From assembly GCA_965200155.1 (NCBI GenBank), contig CBDATR010000024.1:128001-192000 (forward strand): 64,000 nucleotides of DNA, given 5' to 3'. Source of the DNA: Nitrosopumilaceae archaeon. Lineage in GTDB: Archaea > Thermoproteota > Nitrososphaeria > Nitrososphaerales > Nitrosopumilaceae. The notes beneath the pieces were generated by a model. The model ran no database searches, was not told the origin of the DNA, and saw only the letters and a list, made by a program, of their open reading frames with translations. Below, one piece after another: positions 52,076 through 64,000 of this stretch; positions within the stretch are counted from its first letter, which is position 1; each line of letters starts with the position of its first letter. Both the position numbers and the translations under genes were made by a program.

Positions 52076-52396
52076 ATGACACTCGAAGATTTACGACGAC
52101 AGGTGATGTTTCACAATTCCATAGATGTTTGGATAGAATATTGTAATGAGGAATCTATACCGTGGAATGATCCACAAGAGTATGGTAAGTTCATTGCATA
52201 CCTGCTAAAGAATAACATGAACCTAAAGGCGTTCAATCTTTGTGCACATGAGGCAGGAGATACACAGATAGAGAAGAAGGAGTTTGCCGAGAGACTGGCA
52301 AATCTCAAGGTAAGCGACCGCAAGTATGCAACATATACCATACGTCTTGGCACGCCAGCCATAGGGATGATACGGGCGTATGATAAGAGCGACTAG
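52076..52396 (+). CDS. Hypothetical protein
   Basis: 106-aa ORF 4 bp downstream of the previous gene. Confidence 0.7.
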   Translation: MTLEDLRRQVMFHNSIDVWIEYCNEESIPWNDPQEYGKFIAYLLKNNMNLKAFNLCAHEAGDTQIEKKEFAERLANLKVSDRKYATYTIRLGTPAIGMIRAYDKSD

Positions 52397-52414
52397 CAAG
52401 TATGCAACAGGGCG

Positions 52415-52816
52415 CTAGTCCTCAATTGTCAAATCTATTTGGCGGCCTTGACTGTCCCATGCGAAGAGATCTTTCTCACTATATGGCCACTTAATTATAA
52501 GTGAGGCCAGACCAAAAAAATTATTCAAATCTGTCACAGAGGGTTCCGCAGAACCGCTAGGGTGGGAATGCACCGTACCCACATAGCTCATGTCAAACGG
52601 CAAGAATGAATGTGGAAATCCAGCAAATGTTGGACCCGAGTGACTAAAGGGCGGGATTACAAGACCGTCTACGCTGACGATACCGCTCTTCGACTTACCC
52701 TTGAGTATTAGAATGGCCTCATTGGGATGGCGCATTTTACAGTATGAAATAATGCCATCCATCGCGTCTTTGTGGACTGTTACGTGACGGCGAATAACTT
52801 TTTTTTTGAACAGCAC
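52415..52816 (-). CDS. JAMM/MPN+ (Mov34) metalloisopeptidase
   Basis: HPNE, GTVHSHPSG...PS..DL motif; start approximate. Confidence 0.9.
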   Translation of the reverse strand: MLFKKKVIRRHVTVHKDAMDGIISYCKMRHPNEAILILKGKSKSGIVSVDGLVIPPFSHSGPTFAGFPHSFLPFDMSYVGTVHSHPSGSAEPSVTDLNNFFGLASLIIKWPYSEKDLFAWDSQGRQIDLTIED

Positions 52817-53282
52817 GGAAGTACATGTTATGTGGTTATATTGAAGTGTTCCTTTGCAGAACACACCAAGGCAAACAAGATATCACAAAATACAGGATAA
52901 GATTGTGTATCATTAATGAATCATTAATTCCCGTATTGATGCCAAAGGTGCAAAATTTGCAATACGCGGAATGCTAGAATTTACTCAATCAACTGCAGGG
53001 TCATACAATAAGTACATAATCGCTTAGTCCACCTCAAGTAACTTTTTCTTCAGTCATGCACTTGTGTTGCAGTATGTTGGCAGACGACGGGCCATTCCAG
53101 CATATTGCAGAAGTAAATTCAGTGTGCCCAAACTTGGTACACATTCTATGGCATGAACACACCGCAATCTGGAGCATGGATGAATCATGGTCGTGTATAA
53201 GATTGTGGTCATGCAGGGGTGCGCAAACTCCCCCACATGATCACAAAAAATGTGATAGTCGCACATGGTCTCTATGTATGTG

Positions 53283-56290
<3,008 letters not shown>

Positions 56291-56432
56291 CACGTATTAC
56301 ACGACCATGCACGACGATCACTACGACCAACCCGGGCTAGGGGGCCGCTACGTCCTTCATACACCACTTTCATGATGTACTGCATCTTGTTTGATGCTAA
56401 ACTACGTGTGCATCCGCCAATATCCGTTTTTA

Positions 56433-57903
<1,471 letters not shown>

Positions 57904-58302
57904 CATGATTTACAGTTACGCACTGTATAGTTATTGGAATTGTCGGATGCACACGTAATCTTCACATCTCAGACTCGATTGAATCAAGTCCTCATACTGT
58001 TTGCGAAACTGGAGGCCCACAACTCACTGTGTGGCATACTGCCACTACTCATTGTAGGCGCCGCTACTACGTTTCGTAAAAATAATTGGTCTTTGAAAAC
58101 CATATAAACCATACGTTTTTTATTTTTGACGCCATATTAGAGCATGGATAAACGCACATTGTGTTTGTTGCATGTATACTTAATAGATAGATTGCCAAAT
58201 TGGTTAAATACAGTATTTGATAAGACAAACTATCAGATATTACACAGTTTAACTATGTATTTGATTTACGATGACCTAACTACAGAGCATAGGTTGTAGT
58301 TT

Positions 58303-58394
58303 GTATGAGTTCACGTCTTCCGGAATCTTATGCACAAATCACATTAACTGTAGCGATCAGTTATGCGTAAATTTAGACACAGGTGAACTCATAC
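58303..58394. mobile_element. 92-bp MITE
   Basis: TSD TGTAGTTT. Confidence 0.96.
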
Positions 58395-58486
58395 TGTAGT
58401 TTTGATGGTAGCTGTTAATAATAAATTATAATGTTAAATTTACACCAAAACCTCGATTTGTGATTAAATACCATATGTACAAATTT

Positions 58487-58600
58487 GTATGAGTTCACGT
58501 CTTCCGGAGTATGAGTTCACGTCTTCCGGAATCTTGTGCACAAATCACATTAACTGTAGCGATCAGTTGTGCGTAAATTTAGACACAGATGAACTCATAC
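58487..58600. mobile_element. MITE with duplicated 22-bp left end
   Basis: 58487-58508 repeated at 58509; TSD ACAAATTT around the whole 114 bp. Confidence 0.94.
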
Positions 58601-58883
58601 ACAAATTTTACCTTACCGCATAGTATTTTTAATGAGTGAAAATTACATTTAGTAAATCAAATTACAGATGCGCATATACCACATTTACCTACTACTACCA
58701 TCAATAATTAACATAATTTAAGCATGAATATTAATAATATTGGAACAAGTCCAGACTTTTTGGTAGTTTGTAATTATAACTGATGAGATTATCATACATT
58801 TGATTGGTTATATTTGTAATTGCTTTACTAATGTTAGAATTTAGGGACAGGTTTAATATTACAATGCCTGCCAATGTGTTATT

Positions 58884-59441
58884 ATGCTACCACGTCTAGA
58901 TTCCATACGTCAGATAAGAGTTAAGCTGAGCATAACTCAAAAAGAGTTGGCGCAAGCATGTAATATTAGTACATCGATGATAAATCAGATAGAATCTGGC
59001 CGTACCAAACCTAGCTACGACACAGCGAAAAGAATCTTTGATACACTAGTCACGCTGGAAGGGAAGACGCGTACACACAAGGCTGGAAGCCTTTGCAGTA
59101 AGGAGATAGTAAAGCTGGACGTGCAAGATACACTGCACGATGCTGTGCGCAGTATGCGACAGCACTCCATAAGTCAAATCCCTGTCTTTATGGACGGGCA
59201 TCCGGTAGGGGTTGTTACTGAGGATGGATTGGTACGCCACTTAGTGGACGATGGCGAAGATGTACTAAAGGAGACGCGCCTAAAAGATGCCATGGATCCA
59301 GTACCGCCGCTGATAGATCACACAACCCCTACTGAGGCACTAGTTACTTTAATTCGTCATTCTAAATGTATATTGGTTACAAAAGAATCAGAAATAATTG
59401 GAATTATAACCGCATCAGATACTTTAAAAATTATGGAATAA
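58884..59441 (+). CDS. XRE-HTH + CBS-domain transcriptional regulator
   Basis: ITQKELA...S.INQIESG...PSY; CBS pair (ISQIPV, GIITASD). Confidence 0.9.
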   Translation: MLPRLDSIRQIRVKLSITQKELAQACNISTSMINQIESGRTKPSYDTAKRIFDTLVTLEGKTRTHKAGSLCSKEIVKLDVQDTLHDAVRSMRQHSISQIPVFMDGHPVGVVTEDGLVRHLVDDGEDVLKETRLKDAMDPVPPLIDHTTPTEALVTLIRHSKCILVTKESEIIGIITASDTLKIME

Positions 59442-59448
59442 ATATTTG

Positions 59449-59719
59449 GTATGAGTTCACGTCTTCCGGAATATTATGCACAAATCACATTAACTGTCGC
59501 GATCAGTTATGCGTAAATTTAGACACAGGTGAACTCATACAGATTAGTGGCCAGATAAAGAGTGGTGAAAGGGCCATGCGCCGCATGTCCATATGTGTTC
59601 AGACATGGAGGGCTCAGGGCCTTTCTGTAATGAACGAGGTTGCTACCAGAATGCAATTATAATTAAAAAACTGGGATGCATTCTATCTTATTATGTGATC
59701 AAAACACGTGAACTCATAC
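59449..59719 (+). mobile_element. 271-bp hybrid: MITE (59449-59540) fused to IS66 3' end
   Basis: TSD AATATTTG (59441-59448 / 59720-59727) around the whole unit. Confidence 0.9.
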
Positions 59720-59814
59720 AATATTTGTATTAAATAGACCGTATGCGCAGAATCACTTCTCCCACCCTGCACGTCTAAACCAAGTTGTTAGATACGAACA
59801 ATTGACCTAGTATC

Positions 59815-60978
59815 ATGGGTTTTCCCACAGACTCGTGTGAAACAGAAAAGTTAAGACCTAATTTTGTAATACCAGGTATGCTAAAAGCAGAACTCACCAA
59901 GGAGCAGTTAGTCACAGAGTACTACCGGCTACGCACCAGGTCCGAGGCCGAAGTAACAAACCTGCACGCCAAACTTGAAGCTCAAACAAAGAATGCCCTC
60001 GTTTCAAATCTCGATGACATCATAGAACGCAAGGATCAGCTTCATTCCCTGACCGGATGCACTCCGGAAGAGTTCAAATGGATACTAATCAGATTCACAG
60101 AATACGTAGAGTCCCTGGAAGGCGATGATGCACGGCGATTCTTAGAACTTACAAATGATCGCGGGCACGTGAACAAATTTCCGGTCAGGCATGTACTCTT
60201 AGTTACACTGATACGCCTGCGCTGCAATACAAAGCAGGAGCTGCTGGCAGCAATACTCAAGATAAACCAGTCAAACATATGCCGTTACATCCAGTTTACA
60301 AAGCAGGGACTGATCAAGATACTCCCAACGGCCGATACCGTTGCAAAAGCAATATCACAAATCAAGTCAACACCCGACTTTAAGGAAATTGTTCCAGGCC
60401 GAGCCGGAGGGGAGATAAAGACTGACGGGACACATGTACGCGTACAACGTCCTAAAAAAAATCAGGAGGCAATGTACTCTGGTAAACAAAAAACCCACAC
60501 GTATAACGTACAGATAACATCAAACAAGAAAAGACTGATAATTCACGTAAGTGGAGTATATGAGGGAAAAAGACACGATTATGGTATATTCAAGAATGAT
60601 ATTCCCCTCGGTGGCAAATGGGGCAAGTCCCTAAAAGAATCAACCACGCCACCATCCGATAAGATAACAGTAATAGCAGATGCAGGATACCAGGGTATGA
60701 AAGACTTCCTACCCGGCGCAAAGGTCATAATTCCATACAGGGGTAGGGAATCACTCACTAAAACTGAAAGGAAATACAACCAATATGTATCAAAAAGGCG
60801 CATATTAATCGAGAATGTAATTCGAATGCTAAAGGTATATCGTAGATTAAGTCAGGTATATGATGGCAGTCGTGAGGAATTCCGGGAAGATCTACTCGTA
60901 GTATCTGGGTTGCATAATTTACACATTATGCACAAGCATACCAGGTACAAGAAATTCTTGAAAAATATCTGTCCATAA
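59815..60978 (+). CDS. IS5-family DDE transposase, apparently intact
   Basis: HTH (LTG...EF, LL.TL..LR), TDGTH...RP, YSGKQKTH, IADAGYQG, YN....KRR..IE. Confidence 0.92.
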   Translation: MGFPTDSCETEKLRPNFVIPGMLKAELTKEQLVTEYYRLRTRSEAEVTNLHAKLEAQTKNALVSNLDDIIERKDQLHSLTGCTPEEFKWILIRFTEYVESLEGDDARRFLELTNDRGHVNKFPVRHVLLVTLIRLRCNTKQELLAAILKINQSNICRYIQFTKQGLIKILPTADTVAKAISQIKSTPDFKEIVPGRAGGEIKTDGTHVRVQRPKKNQEAMYSGKQKTHTYNVQITSNKKRLIIHVSGVYEGKRHDYGIFKNDIPLGGKWGKSLKESTTPPSDKITVIADAGYQGMKDFLPGAKVIIPYRGRESLTKTERKYNQYVSKRRILIENVIRMLKVYRRLSQVYDGSREEFREDLLVVSGLHNLHIMHKHTRYKKFLKNICP

Positions 60979-61033
60979 TTTCCGTGTTATTATAATTCGA
61001 ATATTACTCATCAGAAAATCCACTAAATTAATG

Positions 61034-61132
61034 GTATGAGTTCATGTCTTCCGGAATCTTGTGCACAAATCACATTAACTGGTAACCGGTTCTATCAGTT
61101 GTGCGTAAATTTAGACACAGGTGAACTCATAC
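61034..61132. mobile_element. 99-bp MITE variant in the IS5 3' region
   Basis: TCGCG replaced by GTAACCGGTTCT; replaces 11 bp of IS5 relative to the 29-kb copy; no TSD. Confidence 0.92.
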
Positions 61133-61413
61133 AACCGTTTAGCTCACTTCCGATATACTTCATCAAGATCCGGTTACCCCACTACACGACATACGTTAGT
61201 GCTGGCAGGTGCCATTCACATTGTTCATGCTTGACGGATTGTGTGCCATAAAATACACCCCAGTTTGAAGCAACATGGGCTGTTACTGTCAATCATGCGC
61301 ATAAGGTCTAATCTTTTGAAAATTATTTGTAAAGCATAGGTTTGATTATTCTTACATGACAGATAGTATAAGTCAAGCATGAAATAAAGAATTGTAAATT
61401 TACACATTAATTT

Positions 61414-62416
61414 GTATGAGTTCACGTGTTTTGATCATTCACTAAGATATAGGTATGAGTTCACGTGTTTTGATCATTCACTAAGATATAGATTGGTATG
61501 GTAATATTTTACTTAAATACCAAATTTGCAATAAGAATCTAATGAGAAGACGCCGGTCCTATAAGGAATTGGAACTGGAAAATAAACTTCTTCAGGATAC
61601 CCTTGCGTCTACCGAGAAAGATCTTGCACATTACAAGGAACGTGTGAGAGTATTGGAAGCATATGTGTCCCGCATCATAAAAGAAATACGAAATCTCACA
61701 CAAGATTTCCAAATTATTAGGAATTATGTAAATAAATTGAATGAGAAATTAGTAGAAAAAGACAGGAAAATTGCGGTACTCACAACGCGACTTAAATATT
61801 ATGAGAATGCTCACTCGCCACCATCCCTTCAATCCCTCCAGTACAAGAAGCGAAAACAGGAGGAGCAGAAGCGAAAACAGGGAGATAATAAGCAACAGAC
61901 AGAAGCCAGTACGAAATCAGCCAAAAAGGCTGGCGCTCAAAAGGGACACAAGGGGGTTTCCCGTTCCCACAACCCCGGCAGAGTAGTGCATCACACCTTT
62001 GAGTACACACCAATATGTGAGTGCGGCAATATGATGACAAAAATTGGTTGGAAACAACGACACATAACGGAATTAATACCCGCCAAAATAGAGGAGACCC
62101 TTCATATGATAGAAATGGCTGCATGTATGTGCGGCAAAAAACAACTGGCCCCAGCAGCTGGCGTCCCAAAGAGTGGTAGTTTTGGGGTTCAATTATGCGG
62201 TGCCATCACTGCATTACGCGCAGAAAAGATTCCAATAAAACGCATACCTGTAATTTCGAAGGATCTCTTCGGCCTAAATATATCGGTGGGTGCAGTAAAC
62301 AACATAATTGCCAGGGCCGCCGATGCATGTGAATCATTTATGGAAACAATTCATGAAAATATAATAAAATCACCCAGCATTCATGTGGACGAAACTGGTA
62401 TATCACTGGCGGGTAG
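61414..62416 (+). mobile_element. IS66 left-end stub (61414-61452) plus 5' half of IS66 (61453-62416), truncated by a MITE
   Basis: Two IRL copies; ORF 61542-62534 reads into the MITE. Confidence 0.92.
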
Positions 62417-62508
62417 GTATGAGTTCACGTCTTCCGGAATCTTGTGCACAAATCACATTAACTGTCGCGATCAGTTGTGCGTAAATTTAGACACAGGTGA
62501 ACTCATAC
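62417..62508. mobile_element. 92-bp MITE
   Basis: TIRs intact; no TSD. Confidence 0.95.
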
Positions 62509-62572
62509 TAGCAGCAGTTTACGTACACGATTAAGACGCGAACATACACTAGTAAATTAAATACGACTAATC

Positions 62573-63325
62573 CTAGATAAATTTTGGTGGATAGTATTTC
62601 CGTGTTGATTCTTTCATAAAAGATATCAATTCGGCCTCATACCAAGTATGAGCATCCTGTATAGGAAATTTGTCTCGATACATGTTTTGTATGGAATCCA
62701 CATCATCTGATGCAACGCCGTTACGCTCCATACCGACACGATTTATTTTTGTAAATCGCTGTTGATTAATAAGAGAAAATGGCAATACATCCTTTGTTAT
62801 AGAATTGCCCATTCCCACCATGGCATGGCGTCCTATCTTGCAGTATTGATGTATCTTGGTACCCTGCCCAATATTGGCGTACTGACGTATCTCTATGTGC
62901 CCACCCAAAGTTACGCGTGTAGCCATGACTACGTTATTACTGATGATGCAATCATGAGCTATGTGTGCATATGCCATGATGTAGCAGCCTGATCCAATGC
63001 TTGTTCTCTCATATTTTATGGGCCGGTGTACGGTAGCAAACTCCCTTATGACATTATTGTCTCCAATTGATATACTATGTAAATCTGCCAGTGCATTTTT
63101 ATCCACAAATTCCCTGTGCTGCGGGTCAGTTCCTATTACGCAGTATGGGTAAACCCAATTGTTCTTACCTATAGTAACTGTACCTCTTATTATACAGCCG
63201 TGATCAATACGAGTTCCTGACTCTATAGTGACATGACCTTCAAGTATTACATTATTGCCAATACAGGCCGAATCTGCCAAGCGCACATCAGGTCCAAGAG
63301 TTGTATTACTGCCCACCTCTGCCAT
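62573..63325 (-). CDS. LpxA-like hexapeptide-repeat acyltransferase
   Basis: IG.DPQH, IGDNNVIREFATVHR, IMAYAHIAHDC, LGGH, IHQYC.IG, N.VG..R motifs. Confidence 0.85.
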   Translation of the reverse strand: MAEVGSNTTLGPDVRLADSACIGNNVILEGHVTIESGTRIDHGCIIRGTVTIGKNNWVYPYCVIGTDPQHREFVDKNALADLHSISIGDNNVIREFATVHRPIKYERTSIGSGCYIMAYAHIAHDCIISNNVVMATRVTLGGHIEIRQYANIGQGTKIHQYCKIGRHAMVGMGNSITKDVLPFSLINQQRFTKINRVGMERNGVASDDVDSIQNMYRDKFPIQDAHTWYEAELISFMKESTRKYYPPKFI

Positions 63326-63383
63326 ATACTATCTGTACTAGAATGGATTTGATTATTATTTGTACTAATACCAACAGGACCGG

Positions 63384-63515
63384 TCAATAGTATGAAAAGT
63401 AAGTCCGCTCAGGATCCGGCGTACAGTAGTTCAGGTTGCACAAGCCACGATAGGCAATGGTAAAGAGAATAACAGAGGAATCAAGACAAAAGAGGGGTTG
63501 CCGTCACCAAAATAG
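63384..63515 (+). mobile_element. IS481 subfamily-2 left-end fragment
   Basis: TCAATAGTATGAAAAGTAAGTCCGC...GGAATCAAGACAAAAGAGG. Confidence 0.85.
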
Positions 63516-63657
63516 TGTGTTGTGCATAAAATGAGTCTCGTTTACTATTTTGCCACCAATAGGAACTACATTAGTTAGTACATATTCTCGCAACAAAGCA
63601 ATTTAGTACGCACCGACCTTTGATTTGATTTTTATATTCATGATGAAAACGCGCTAT

Positions 63658-64000
63658 ATGGAGATCACAGTAGGTCATACACCCGACGTAGATGACGCTT
63701 TTATGTTCTATGCGATGCTGAACAAAAAGTTACCGGCGCGTGACTTTGAGATTACACAGGTTGTGCAGGATATAGAAAAACTAAACCAGCGAGCCGGGAA
63801 GGGAGATCTGGACGTAACCGCCATATCGGTACATACATGTGCATTTATATCCGGATATACTATACTTAGAAGCGGAGGTAGTTTTGGATTAGGATACGGT
63901 CCCATTGTGGCCACCAGAAAAGGGTTTGATGTTGAGTCTTTGCAAGATGTCAAGATAGCAGTGCCGGGTAAGATGACCTCGGCATTTTTATTACTTCAGT
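63658..64000 (+). CDS. mqnD: 1,4-dihydroxy-6-naphthoate synthase MqnD family (futalosine pathway), partial
   Basis: Manual translation MEITVGHTPDVDDAFMFYA...DIEKLN...DVTAIS...GGSFGLGYGPIV...IAVPGKMTSAFLLL. Confidence 0.88.
   Translation, partial: MEITVGHTPDVDDAFMFYAMLNKKLPARDFEITQVVQDIEKLNQRAGKGDLDVTAISVHTCAFISGYTILRSGGSFGLGYGPIVATRKGFDVESLQDVKIAVPGKMTSAFLLLQ

Larger units (their letters stand above)
59736..61309 (+). mobile_element. IS5-family (ISL2/DDE_Tnp_4-like) element
   Basis: TIR AGACCGTATGCGCA / TGCGCATAAGGTCT; 3-bp TSD AAT. Confidence 0.9.

Overview
Chromosomal segment of an ammonia-oxidiser-lineage archaeon (Thaumarchaeota/Nitrososphaerota, Nitrosopumilaceae-like). The assignment rests on the archaeal 16S-23S operon without spacer tRNA or 5S, histone, TFB, fibrillarin/Nop5, NreA, a thaumarchaeosortase-like protein and MqnD. 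Housekeeping genes are largely intact, but about 18-19 kb (~30%, summed from my coordinates) is mobile DNA: ~21 copies of a 92-bp IS66-type MITE, several single-ORF IS66 copies and derivatives, IS481 copies with 15-16-bp target duplications, and one intact IS5-family (ISL2-like) element with relics. This load suggests a host-associated lineage (inference). Three observations stand out. (1) A tnpB-only element (40211-41774) is bounded by 24-bp terminal inverted repeats with terminal TA, an IS630/Tc1-mariner-like rather than IS200/IS605-like architecture; two more right ends of the family lie at 19099-19138 and 28248-~28600. (2) Inside the putative omegaRNA scaffold of the 28-kb relic is an exact 36-bp repeat / 36-bp spacer / 36-bp repeat, resembling a nascent CRISPR array. 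(3) A family of 20-24-bp REP-like hairpins (RTTG foot, 3-bp duplications) has demonstrably inserted into tnpB and IS481.
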